Part shown: positions 27,138 to 37,900 of the stretch, piece by piece | Position numbering within the stretch: the first letter of the stretch is position 1 | Layout: each line of letters opens with the position of its first letter | Position numbers and translations under genes: made by a program | Notes under the pieces: model-generated | Databases searched by the model: none | What the model was told of the DNA's origin: nothing | Seen by the model: only the letters and a program-made list of their open reading frames with translations | IMG/VR virus record: IMGVR_UViG_3300022562_001757 | Location: 1 to 64,000 of that record | Strand: one strand, 5' to 3' | From: a virus | DNA length: 64,000 nt

Positions 27138-28832
27138 CTACAGATCGAAGTATGGGTTCTCAAGCAACCCGGGGTCATCGCCGCCAAAAAGCGGATTCGG
27201 TGGTGTCACCAAGCTCAACGCAGATTCTTCAAGGGCCAATGTGCTGAGCAGAATCACATCGGGGCCCATTTCACAGCACGACGCCTCCGCAGGAATTTGC
27301 ACAATCGGCGTGTATGAATCGAGACAGTTTCCATAGTCGAAACGTTTCGTCGTACTCGTGCCAACCCAGTAGTCCGTCAGCAAATCCACATCGTACACAC
27401 TATCAAAGTGGCCGGTGACGGTGTGCAGATTGAACTGAGCTTTCAGATTATTCAGCAGCGACAAGCTCGTCGGCACATCGACCACCGTAACAGCCGCCAA
27501 TGGATGCAAGTCATCGGTTGGGACGTGCATTGCTGCGTCATTAACGTGGTTCGTGTACTGCTGCTGAGCGTCTTGCGCAAACGCCACAAGCGACGCGACG
27601 TCAAAGGGAATGGGTGCCGTAATTTGATGACTACCACCAATGACGTAGTGCCATGTCGGCGTTGGGTCCGCATCGTGCGCGTTGAAGTCTGCAAGAATTT
27701 CTGTCGCCAGAGGAATGGCTGTCGCCAAACCCACTGCGTCAGCTGTCAAAACAGCGTTGGTCTCATCAGGCTGAATGTGTGTGCCGGTATCGAATACCCC
27801 GCCTGCATCGAAAAATTCTCCGCCGATGCCGGGCGATTCTACCTGTTCATCGAACGGGCTTGCCCATGCGCAAAGTACAAAGGAATTGGTGATGCTCACA
27901 GTACCCGCAACATCAATGCGGTCCATGCAGCCGAGGAATTCAATCAGCGAAAGTACATCGCATCCAGGACCTAGGTTGTCAGTACGATTACCAATGACGT
28001 CAATCGACCCAAAGCGATGTTGCTCGTATTTCTCTTCACCAGTGTATTGAATGGTGACGACTTGCTCACTCATCCGACGGATGGTGTAGAAGTCGACGTT
28101 GTTCATAATGGTGATGAACGCCAGCCAATGATTCAGGCAAAGGTTCGGCAACCAGATATGCATGTCGTACCCGAGGTCGTCATGCCCACTGGTCTGCGGC
28201 TGGTACAGGTCTGGCTGCCACAGCTCCGGATTTACCGGCGCCGTGATGACGGGTGTAGATTGGGAAAATCCGGTCACCAAGTCCGTCACGCCACCTTGGA
28301 GCCCGCTCTCGTTATAGAGGCAGTTGGCGATGAACTTCACCGCCATCGACCTCCAGCTGCGAACCTCTGGAAGCTCTCGCTGCCAGGGCATTTGGTACTC
28401 GGCGATGAAGCTGGCCCACGGGCTCCTGATGAGGTTCAGGAACTTTTCGTTCTGGTAGCCCGCCATCTCGTACAGCGACTTTGCGTAGACGTACATGTAC
28501 TTCGCAATGTGCGTCGCTGCGATAGACAGATGCACCGGTGGATCGATGCGGTTGGTTACCAAAATGAAATTGATCGCTGGAGGGTGCAGCAGCGGGATTT
28601 TTACGCGGTCCAGCTGTGCGCGCGGACGGTGACGAAGTACCAGTTTGTTATTGACGTAAATGTCAACTGTGGCGTCGAGGCTGTCCGTTGCGAGTAGAAA
28701 TTCGGTAGAAAGGTTCGTCCTCGGCGTCATCTGCGCGGATTGCAGGTAGAACTGTCCCGCCGGGATAGCGTCCTGCATGTCCTCGAAGATGGAGTCCCAC
28801 GGAACCGGGGACAAGATGAAGTCGAGCGCCAC
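27138..28832 (-). CDS. baseplate wedge protein with inserted His-rich helical repeat domain
   Basis: Directly downstream of the baseplate J-like gene; insert homologous to the sheath insert. Confidence 0.6.
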   Translation of the reverse strand: MALDFILSPVPWDSIFEDMQDAIPAGQFYLQSAQMTPRTNLSTEFLLATDSLDATVDIYVNNKLVLRHRPRAQLDRVKIPLLHPPAINFILVTNRIDPPVHLSIAATHIAKYMYVYAKSLYEMAGYQNEKFLNLIRSPWASFIAEYQMPWQRELPEVRSWRSMAVKFIANCLYNESGLQGGVTDLVTGFSQSTPVITAPVNPELWQPDLYQPQTSGHDDLGYDMHIWLPNLCLNHWLAFITIMNNVDFYTIRRMSEQVVTIQYTGEEKYEQHRFGSIDVIGNRTDNLGPGCDVLSLIEFLGCMDRIDVAGTVSITNSFVLCAWASPFDEQVESPGIGGEFFDAGGVFDTGTHIQPDETNAVLTADAVGLATAIPLATEILADFNAHDADPTPTWHYVIGGSHQITAPIPFDVASLVAFAQDAQQQYTNHVNDAAMHVPTDDLHPLAAVTVVDVPTSLSLLNNLKAQFNLHTVTGHFDSVYDVDLLTDYWVGTSTTKRFDYGNCLDSYTPIVQIPAEASCCEMGPDVILLSTLALEESALSLVTPPNPLFGGDDPGLLENPYFDL

Positions 28833-30262
28833 TACCGAACTCCAAAGTCCGGGTGCAGAATCGGATATTCCGTCCTGCCGTCAAAGGAAATCACTTCCAC
28901 ATCCAGGAAGGCAAAGTCTAGACGAGCAAACCCAGTGAGCTGAAATTCTTGCAGCCCATCAATGGATTGCTCAGCCGCCTTCTGGTATGAATATGGGTCC
29001 AGCTCGCTGACGAACGTACGGAATCCGCTGCTCGGCGAGGTTGGATTTCGGAAATAGCCTTCCGTGAAAATTTGCAGGGCGTTGACCACGTCTGCTCGGT
29101 CGGCTGTGGAGAACGCTTTGATGCGCCCCTCCACGCGCACACTAATGGGATCAGCTACGCGTACCAAGACGTCGCTGCCAAATGGGCGCGAACGGTCTTT
29201 TACCAAATTGTAGGATGTCCACACTTGGTCATAGTACATGTAGCGAATTTCCACCGTCTGCGCCGGCAGTAGTGGATTCGACAGCGTGATGCGGTCGTTG
29301 GCCAACGGCGAACCGCGTGTATCGGCGCGCGTGTCTAGCTCCACATTGAACGACACAGGTGTGCCATCTACTACCACAGATTGGACTGCCAGTATAGGTG
29401 TACGTTCGGGTTTGACGTACGTTTCCCCACCAGCCGAAACATAGGTTTGTAGGTATGGCGCTACTTTGTCCGTGATGAGATAAATGTCGTACCCCATCTT
29501 GGCGTTGATCGTCTTTAGGCGTTTGAAGATGTCGAACTCCGACGAGTTCGTGATGCTCACCGCATCAAAGCCACCAGGATCGATGTCCTGGATGGTGCTG
29601 ATAAGAAATCCGGTGACGTCGGAGCTAATGCCCTGAAGGCGGTCTTGCACAATGCGGACGAACTGTGTTTTGTCGACCGTGTCGCCGCCACCGCGAGCGG
29701 CTGTCTTGTTGATTACGCCATCAAATCCTTCTACCGGTGTGATGATGGTATCGATGGCGGTTGGCGGAAGATCGTAGTCAAGCCCCACCGCGATGGCTTC
29801 GGCATTCACCGCAATTTCGTACCGCTGCTCTTCCGCATTGTAGAAAACGTTGGCAATGTTGCCAGGCATTTCTGCGTCTTCGAGCGTGGTGTACACGAAA
29901 CGCTGGTCTCGCGTGCCGATTTGTGTGCCTGCTTCAGCGATGATTGTTTCATCATCGGCAGGCTTGGAATAGCGAAACAGGTGGACCACGACTTTGGAAA
30001 ACGATCCAACATTGGCGTCGAGACCGTAATTCAGCCCCAGCTGGTAAATGTCTTCGTCTTCCAGGCTGTCAGCTTGCTCTAGCTGCCAAACCTGCTGAAG
30101 ATATCCAGACAGTGATTCGGTCTTTGATAGCTCCACCGCGTGGGCGTAGTACATGACCGACAGTGGGCCTTTACGCGTGTCGATACCGGGATCGACAAGC
30201 CGCGTCGTCGTATCCATCTCGTCAAGAATCGTATCTGTGTCTCTTGGATTGGAAGTAGGCAT
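28832..30262 (-). CDS. baseplate J-like wedge protein
   Basis: AGTQIGT...FVYTT..., AIAVG..Y.LP...I.....GFDGVINK.AARGG.D pattern. Confidence 0.85.
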   Translation of the reverse strand: MPTSNPRDTDTILDEMDTTTRLVDPGIDTRKGPLSVMYYAHAVELSKTESLSGYLQQVWQLEQADSLEDEDIYQLGLNYGLDANVGSFSKVVVHLFRYSKPADDETIIAEAGTQIGTRDQRFVYTTLEDAEMPGNIANVFYNAEEQRYEIAVNAEAIAVGLDYDLPPTAIDTIITPVEGFDGVINKTAARGGGDTVDKTQFVRIVQDRLQGISSDVTGFLISTIQDIDPGGFDAVSITNSSEFDIFKRLKTINAKMGYDIYLITDKVAPYLQTYVSAGGETYVKPERTPILAVQSVVVDGTPVSFNVELDTRADTRGSPLANDRITLSNPLLPAQTVEIRYMYYDQVWTSYNLVKDRSRPFGSDVLVRVADPISVRVEGRIKAFSTADRADVVNALQIFTEGYFRNPTSPSSGFRTFVSELDPYSYQKAAEQSIDGLQEFQLTGFARLDFAFLDVEVISFDGRTEYPILHPDFGVR

Positions 30263-30268
30263 GGCGGC

Positions 30269-30757
30269 TCACAGGAAAGAGGTGCTAGATCCAGTTAGGC
30301 CGAACAAAGCATCGACTCCGACACCCGCGGGCAAATCAGATAGCAAGCTGACTTCAAAAGCCGTCGGTACCGGCTCGTCCGATTGATTGATGAGCAGCAA
30401 GAAAAATGAGTAGCTCAGCTGGCCAACTTGCTGCACGTCAATGCGATCAATGGTGTCGATGCGCTCCTCATCGGTGGCATAGGGATCGAGGTCCTGCATG
30501 TCGATGAGACGCTCAACGGCTTCTTGCACGTAGGTGCGGATGCGCTCCTGCACCAGTACAATGTTGTTCGGGATGGGGTCTTGCTGGATACGGTAGAGCT
30601 GGCTACCGTTGAAGTAGGTTGGAAAATCCGGGTCGAAATTGTTGAGCAAGGACTCCGCAGTGTCCTGCGCCAGCTTTTCTTCGTCCTGGATGTTGATGTG
30701 TCGGCCGGCGATGTCCGTCGCGAGGTCACCGTCGACCATCTTCAGCGTGATGCTCAT
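30269..30757 (-). CDS. baseplate wedge subunit (gp25/GPW-like)
   Basis: DGDL...G......EKLAQD...L.......Y..GS.L; position upstream of the J-like gene. Confidence 0.65.
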   Translation of the reverse strand: MSITLKMVDGDLATDIAGRHINIQDEEKLAQDTAESLLNNFDPDFPTYFNGSQLYRIQQDPIPNNIVLVQERIRTYVQEAVERLIDMQDLDPYATDEERIDTIDRIDVQQVGQLSYSFFLLLINQSDEPVPTAFEVSLLSDLPAGVGVDALFGLTGSSTSFL

Positions 30758-30772
30758 GATGTTGCTCGAACC

Positions 30773-31300
30773 TTATGGATAGCTGAGGATTGCGCGAACC
30801 CAGCTCCGCATTTCGCGTTGTTCGTCGGACGTTAACCGGCCTCCATGAAATGCCTTGGAAACTTGCGCCAGTCGGTTGTAGTATTCTGACGCATCGGCTT
30901 CTTGCTTTACTTGACCCAGACCTCTGACCAAAATGGACATCAACGGAGCGAACCCTACTGCGAAAAATGTCTCGCCGTTGTTGATCAGACCGTCTTTGAA
31001 TCCATCGAACGACGAAACAATTTGCGTCAGCGCGTCGCTCAACGTCTTGCGCACCGTGGCTTGCTGGTCCGCAAACAGCTTCAGGACCTCGTCATGGTCA
31101 TCGGAGCCACCATCAGAATCCAAAGCCAATCGCAGATAGGCGACGGCTTTTCGTTTGGACTCCGGCGTTGCAAGGATGAGTGCATCCTCAGTGTCGCCAC
31201 CAATGACAGTTTCTGTTTTGCGGTCAGAACTGTAGACGGTTGGCGGAGAAAGCTTCCTCCGCGTCTCCAGATAGACACGCTGTTGGTCAGTAATGGTCAT
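30773..31300 (-). CDS. hypothetical structural-cluster protein
   Basis: 175-aa ORF in the operon. Confidence 0.65.
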   Translation of the reverse strand: MTITDQQRVYLETRRKLSPPTVYSSDRKTETVIGGDTEDALILATPESKRKAVAYLRLALDSDGGSDDHDEVLKLFADQQATVRKTLSDALTQIVSSFDGFKDGLINNGETFFAVGFAPLMSILVRGLGQVKQEADASEYYNRLAQVSKAFHGGRLTSDEQREMRSWVRAILSYP

Positions 31301-31319
31301 CTAAGCCCTAGACAGTAAC

Positions 31320-33695
31320 CTACAGAAACTCGGAAATAGCGTCCGTGAACAGTCCTAGGCTGGGCGGGCTGCAACCGGTGGTGGCGGTTTTTTGCTCATC
31401 CGCAGCTACTTTGGTTTCCCGCACTTCGCCAGTCAGCTCGCGCACCGCTTTGTCAATGCGGTCGAGGAATTTGAGCTTGGAATCGAGCGACTTTTGAATG
31501 TCCTCCATGACCTTTTTCACCCCGCGGTCGATGGTGTTGGTCACGGTGGTCACAGTTTTTTGCACCTCGCCAGAAAATTCCTGCACGCTCTGTTCGACTT
31601 GCTGCGTCGTCTTCTGCGTAGGCACGTCTGCCAAATGATTCATGCCACTGAGCGATGATGACATCTCCGTCGATGCGTTAATGATGTCCTGCGTATCGCC
31701 AGCCGGACAGGACGTGTCGAGATCCTTTCCAGATTTGCAGGGATTCTCCACGCCGCCCAAGTCAAACCCAACAATGCTGGAGATGAGATTCTGCATCTGG
31801 CACAGCGGCGTGCGGATAAGATCCATCAGGCTTTCAAACGCGCTAGTGATGGTCTCATCAAGCGATGTCGATAGCTCTTTCAGCGCATCAACGAGTAGCG
31901 ACGTGGGTAGAGGAATGCCACCCAATGTTGGCGCTCCGACACCGCCAGAGCCTCCAAGCGCAATGCCTCCCGGTGCACCGCTGCCTACTCCAGGAATATC
32001 CGGTAGTCCGGTACCTTGGCCATCCGTTCCTAGCAGACATTGCAGCAGGTCATTTTTCAGCAAATTTTCTGCTAGCGAGGAGAGGTTCGACAGCTTGTTG
32101 AGTAGCCCTTCTACGGCACCCATTACAGCCTTGATTTGCGCGTCGAAAATTCCGCTAGCTGTGTTGATGATGTTGCTGAGCGCGCCAAACGCAGACTCGA
32201 TTTGCTCAGCCGACACCGGCAAATCTGCGGTGGGCATGTTCGGCAAGTCAAGGTTCGGAAATGCTGGTGTGGATGTGTTGAAATTCTTGGACTGTCGAGC
32301 ACACGCTTTACCGCGTGTGGCTAGCTCCTTTGCCAAGTCATCTTCTGCCAATGAGTCTTTGGCATTGATGGCTTGAGCCGCAGCAATCGGCTTCTTGAGG
32401 GCAGAGCGCAAGCCATTTGCGAGAATGAAGCGGTCGTTGTTAGTTACGTCATCCAACGCTTTTTCTCGGTCGGAAAACGACACCGATCCGGGAATGCGCA
32501 CTCCAGAGACTTTTTCGGCTAGCAGGAGCTTTATTTCCGCATCCGACAACCCTAGCCGATTAAACAATGTAGGTTCCTCAACGAGGTAGACCGTCGGCGC
32601 CAGCACCTGCGACGACACATCTTGCTCGGGGCTTACGCCGGTTAGAATGTCGGAAACATACGGCTCCGGCATTCCATAGTTGATGACCCGATACCGCGTG
32701 GCCTGTGTTGCTGTGACCTCGGTGCCCCAAAACCAGTAGTTGTTGATGACCGACGCATTGCCAGAAGCCCATTGACTGGCCACCAAGGGCAACGGTGTAT
32801 CCGCGCTACGGTAATTCTCCGCCACGGTCACGAACGTTTGCAGCTCGCCACAAACCAGCTCTTGCGTCGTGGTCTCCACATTCTGTGTGGTAATGTAGGT
32901 AGGTAGCTTACCATTGGCGCTGATATGCGCTAAAGCGCTCTTGAGCTTGTCGAGGTCTTGGCTCAGCAAGTCGTATAAGGCATTGATACCATTAAGATTT
33001 GTTCCTTCTACGATGAGCAGCTTGCCGTTGATGATGACAAAGTTCTCGTTCTGGCTACGAAGGTACTTGGCGGCATCGTCCGCAGACTCCACCACAGGCA
33101 CGTCAGCGGCTTTAAGCAGGTCTTGATAGGTGGAGTACCCGAAGGCTTTTGAAATGTCGTGAGCGGCCGTCTCTGCGTCGCTGAGAGGGGACCCCTTGCC
33201 ATCGCTTAGGAAGGTCTGCGGCTGGATGGTCGGAGCATCGAGTCCTGTGCCGATCGGGATGCCCGTCACCAGGGCAGCGACTTCAGGCGTGAGGAGCCAA
33301 GCATTCAAGGCATCGATGGTGGTACCCGAGATGGCGCCTGTGATGTCCACTGGTAGCACGCAGTAGATCGTTGTATCGCCGATGACGTAACTGCTTGCTG
33401 GACGTGCTGCCAGCACGCCGCCCGTCGAGTCGGGTCCCAAGTAGATGTACGTGATACTGATTTGATTGCCTGCCGAGCCAGAGTCTACCGCTTGCCACAG
33501 TACTTGGTCATTGGCCGCCGCACCGATGGTCGCGCTGGCTTTGGTTTTGTTGGAAGACAAGCGCTGTACAGCAACTGCTAGTGCAGTGGCTTCGTCGTTC
33601 GTTTGTTTCTTGATGCGCTCCAGCTCACCACGATACACCCGAAGCGCGTCCGAAATTTCATCCTGGATTTGGCATCCGTAGTAGATGGAAGGCAT
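31320..33695 (-). CDS. hypothetical structural protein (791 aa)
   Basis: Long ORF; N-terminal sheath-like A...G..GN.ISITY segment, helical C-terminal half. Confidence 0.7.
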   Translation of the reverse strand: MPSIYYGCQIQDEISDALRVYRGELERIKKQTNDEATALAVAVQRLSSNKTKASATIGAAANDQVLWQAVDSGSAGNQISITYIYLGPDSTGGVLAARPASSYVIGDTTIYCVLPVDITGAISGTTIDALNAWLLTPEVAALVTGIPIGTGLDAPTIQPQTFLSDGKGSPLSDAETAAHDISKAFGYSTYQDLLKAADVPVVESADDAAKYLRSQNENFVIINGKLLIVEGTNLNGINALYDLLSQDLDKLKSALAHISANGKLPTYITTQNVETTTQELVCGELQTFVTVAENYRSADTPLPLVASQWASGNASVINNYWFWGTEVTATQATRYRVINYGMPEPYVSDILTGVSPEQDVSSQVLAPTVYLVEEPTLFNRLGLSDAEIKLLLAEKVSGVRIPGSVSFSDREKALDDVTNNDRFILANGLRSALKKPIAAAQAINAKDSLAEDDLAKELATRGKACARQSKNFNTSTPAFPNLDLPNMPTADLPVSAEQIESAFGALSNIINTASGIFDAQIKAVMGAVEGLLNKLSNLSSLAENLLKNDLLQCLLGTDGQGTGLPDIPGVGSGAPGGIALGGSGGVGAPTLGGIPLPTSLLVDALKELSTSLDETITSAFESLMDLIRTPLCQMQNLISSIVGFDLGGVENPCKSGKDLDTSCPAGDTQDIINASTEMSSSLSGMNHLADVPTQKTTQQVEQSVQEFSGEVQKTVTTVTNTIDRGVKKVMEDIQKSLDSKLKFLDRIDKAVRELTGEVRETKVAADEQKTATTGCSPPSLGLFTDAISEFL

Positions 33696-33698
33696 ACG

Positions 33699-34919
33699 TT
33701 ACCCGGACAGCTTTACCTGCTGGCTCAATACGCTGCTCAGGTTGCCGCTCAGCGTCGACAGCATGGTAGAAAGTGAAGTCATCGTAGCAGCGGTAGCGGG
33801 TGTCAACGCCGGTTCAGCTGCCAGCACAGACAAGGCTGACGCAAGTGCGGTGAATATTGGATTCAAAATGCCGTTCACCAGCGTCGTTCCCAGTACGGCC
33901 TGAAACGCACCGGTATTTCCGAACGTCACGTTAGAGCTGGCCACACTGACTTGATTTGACCGGATGGTGAGGCCCGTGTTGAACGTGAACTGCCCTGTGT
34001 CGGTGGCGGTGATTTTCAGTGTCTTGGTATTCAACTTGAGTGTGTTGTTGGCACCAAATTGCAGATTTCCTTCGGTGCTGGTAGCCGCGGAATTGTTCAA
34101 CAGGAAGTTCAGCCCTTCATCAATGCTCAGCGTCAACAGGTTGCTGCCCGAGACATCAACGAACGTGCGCTTGAACCGCAGGCGTTTGTTAGTGGCTGCT
34201 AGCGTCTCGAAAGTTCCATCCGGTCCTACCACATCGCCATCCTGCACCACGGAAAGCTGTTTTCCGTCTTGTCGGTTGATGCTACGGAAATATTCTTGGG
34301 CAAACTCACCGGCTGTTTGGATACGAATGAAATCTTGTACAGCGGGTGCCAACTGCGGATTTTTCTGGCTGGGCCGCCGCACGATGCCAAAGCGTTCTTC
34401 ATGCGCAAGTATGGTTGGATCGTGCAACATGAGCCGGCGTTTGTGCGTAGGCGCGATGGAAGTGATTTCCAAACGCCCCGGGCTCATGTCCATTTCTAGC
34501 GGGCCACCACGTAGTTCCAAATCTCCGCGCCGGCCAAAGAAAGCATACGCGCGTCCCTTGGATCGTATTTCAATTTCACCGGCTTCAAGCCGTCGAATCA
34601 ATGACTGCTGCGATTTGGAATCCTTTACCTGGCGTGGCAGGGTATTGGAAATATACCCCCAGATTTCTTCACGATGCAGGTCGCCTCGTCGCTGTGTTAG
34701 CACCGCCGTACCAGGTTCTGGCATCGTGCGGATCCAGGAGTTGACGCCGAAGTATGGATGACGCACCACCAAGCGCGGTGTGCCAGGCGTTTGTGCCATG
34801 TCGACGTTGACGGATTCGATATCCGGTGCCACGGAAGAAATGACACCGCGAATCGGCAACTCGACGGATCGCGCATTCTTCGCAATCTGTCGTTGTACAA
34901 AGGCGTCGTGCTGTGACAT
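33699..34919 (-). CDS. baseplate spike (gpV/gp5-like OB-fold plus beta-strand region)
   Basis: N-terminal G.I......V...HPY....WIRTMPEPG..VL; C-terminal AVLGT...LS..VKL; downstream of the hub. Confidence 0.7.
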   Translation of the reverse strand: MSQHDAFVQRQIAKNARSVELPIRGVISSVAPDIESVNVDMAQTPGTPRLVVRHPYFGVNSWIRTMPEPGTAVLTQRRGDLHREEIWGYISNTLPRQVKDSKSQQSLIRRLEAGEIEIRSKGRAYAFFGRRGDLELRGGPLEMDMSPGRLEITSIAPTHKRRLMLHDPTILAHEERFGIVRRPSQKNPQLAPAVQDFIRIQTAGEFAQEYFRSINRQDGKQLSVVQDGDVVGPDGTFETLAATNKRLRFKRTFVDVSGSNLLTLSIDEGLNFLLNNSAATSTEGNLQFGANNTLKLNTKTLKITATDTGQFTFNTGLTIRSNQVSVASSNVTFGNTGAFQAVLGTTLVNGILNPIFTALASALSVLAAEPALTPATAATMTSLSTMLSTLSGNLSSVLSQQVKLSG

Positions 34920-37900
34920 CAGAGGTACGCGGAGTCGATTTGGCCAAATCGACTCAATCCAGTCTTCCAGGCATTTTCCTGGTTGGTGTTCTTTTGATCG
35001 AAGTCAAGATATTGGCGTACCGATGCGTGAAGTGCCCCTTCAAGGCGTTCGGACTGTACCAAAGCAAGCTGTCTCGTGATGTCCCTTTCTTCCATGCGCT
35101 CTTCCAGTCGGCGTTGTTTCTGGAAAATTTGCCGCTTTCGCGCGCCGCTGGTGAAGCTGTTGCGGGCCGACCGGGACTTGCGGTCAACGTCGGTGCGCTT
35201 GATGACGCTCTTCTTTCGCGTTTTTTCTAGCCCACTGCTTCCCAATCGTTTGCAGAGGTGCTGCTTGTTGTCCTTCACGATGGCGCGGCGTTGACGAGAC
35301 GATTTTATGTACTTTGAACCATAGATTCTTCCACCAGGTGTGGCGGAGCGCTGAACCGCATTGTCAATGATTTGCTCCGGCGTAAAGAACCATAGAGGAT
35401 TGACATCAATCCACTCACGCAGGTTCTTTTTACCGAACACATTGGCTTGATTGGGATTGGTAAACCAGGAAAACGAGCTGTTGACGTTCTGCCACTTTAC
35501 CAACGCATCAATCACGTCTACAGCTTTGGCGGTGTTTACATCGATGGTCTTCGTTACCGTCTGGCCATTCTCTTGCACCTTGATGGTTAGCTTACCCCGC
35601 AGTCTTTTTTTCCAAGCTTCTGAGAGCGTGGAGTTCAGTGGATCTTCTTTGAGATTCCCACGCACGGTGGTGAGTTTGTAGGCCAAGATTCGCGTCAGAA
35701 ACTCGTTGCGCGCTTTCAGCACCTCACGAAGCGTATTGCTGTAGGTGGTGTCGGAAATTCTACCTGCTGATCTGACTTTCATCGTCAAGTGCAAGTGCGC
35801 GAGTGCTGTGCCCGCGTTTCCAGTAGATCCTATCTGACCCAGTGGATGCACTTTTTCCGGATCTGCTGGAGCTTCATTAGTGCCAGCACCATACACACCA
35901 CGAGGTCCCTCATAAATGTCTCCTAGATGCAGGTAGAGCAATTGACAATGCAGTTTCCGATACACGGTACCGTCAGGACCTTTGGTCAGCTGGTCACGTT
36001 GCTTTATATTCGATGCGCTGATCAACTTGGTACCTGGCAACGACACGTAGCCTTCGCATTGCAAATACAATCCACGGTCGTGTATACTTGTAGACTGCAC
36101 TGGTTTGATGCGTTTGGTCTTTTTCCTGATCTTCAACCACGTCTCGTACTCATTGACCAGTAAAAACTTGTACGTGGTCTCGATGAACCGTGTGGGTGCG
36201 TTGGGGTCGTCTGGCTTGATTTTGATTTTAACCACTTCACCAGGAAGAATGCCGCGCGCTTTGCGTACTCCCTCTGATATTTTGTGTGGCTTTTTAACAA
36301 AAAATGGTTGCATGTCTGCTGGCACATTGAAGACGCGCGTTTTGCCTTCTTGCACCCACTGCCCTTGCGCATTCTTTATAACGTAGCGCTCAGACACTGG
36401 CACAGCTCTGGCTTTATCAGCAGTGAGGTACGAGCCAAATTGATAGGCGGCTTCGATGGAAAAAAATGGAATTGGTGCATAGACGTTGCTGTTCTTTGGA
36501 TTCGCAAACAGGTCTACGCCAGAGTGATACGGATACTTTTTCCCGCCAAGAATATGGTACGCAGGAGCATCACCTGGGGTACGCACAAATCCCCACTGAT
36601 TGAATTGATATTCATTAGGGGGTTTGTGAGTAAAGAAAGGTATGGCGTCGTAAAACAACTTCGTGCTGTCGTAGCGCTGCTTGATACCGATGGTGCCATC
36701 ACCACGCAGGCCAGCCTTGGCGTCATTTGACCCCTTTGAACCGGTCTTTTTGTCCAAGCTAGACTGGATGCCCGTACTAGGTTTGACAGATGCTTCTGGA
36801 CCGCCTGCGCTGCCAGGACGTCGATGTGCACGTCGTCCCACCCCTGTGTTGGGCTTTGTTGGCACCGTCTTGGACGTACCTTTCGCTCCAGCCGTACTGC
36901 CGCTGAGGGTCTTTCCTTTGGCAAATGCAGCTCGTAGCGCGCTGGCTTGTGGTTCACCTACGGCGGTTTGATTCCAAGCCGCAGATCCGGTTCTGCCTGG
37001 ACCTTGACGGCTTCCATTGTCAGCACGCACTGTGTCATTACTGCGCAATGCTGCCAAATTTACATCGGGCTGACGATTGGAGAAATTCCCAGCGCTACGC
37101 CGCGTATCGAGCGACACGCTACCGGGCTGAAATTGCGTGTAGTCCAACGGCATGCGTGTGCCGCCGCCAGCGTGCCTGAAGGTGCCATCTCGGTTGAGCC
37201 ACCGTACATAGCCAATGTCCGTTTCTGTGGTGCATTCACCCCCAGGTGGCGACATGGCGTAGTTGACCGTTTTTACCAACCCAATGCGCTGCCGAGGAAT
37301 GAGATGGATCGGTCGATTTGGCAGGATGTACGGACGAAATGGCGTCGACACTTGGAGCTTGTGCATACGACCAAATTGACGATTAATGTGAAAAAGACCG
37401 TAAATGATTAAGCTGGCCAGCGCACCTGCAACACCACCCGGACCGTGCGTGCCGTTGGGTCCAAAGTTCGCGCCGACACCTGGAAGGGCGATGTTTACGT
37501 CCTCCACTTTGATACCCAAGCGACGAGCTAGAATGGGCGCCATGATGGTAATGGTGGCAAAGCGGTTCTTGATCTGAAAATCTCTTTCTATAACTCCTTG
37601 CAGCTCTTTATCCAGCTCGCTACCAGTCAACACCCACGCAGTGGGCAGGTCGCCGGATTCCTCGGAAATGCTGGAGCTGATGAGCTGCTTGTCGACTTCG
37701 TACGCGCCGCGGAATGTCGGACCAAAGTCACTTGGCAGAATGTTGTAGTTCGGGAACTCAAAGCACCAATCACCCATCGGACTGATGTAGCACTGATAAT
37801 CGAGAAGCGTGCACACTTGGTCAATCATCGACTTACGCGTCTCATACTGATGACTAGTTGCGCCGTATGGGTTAGCACTCAGATGCCGCTGCACGATGGT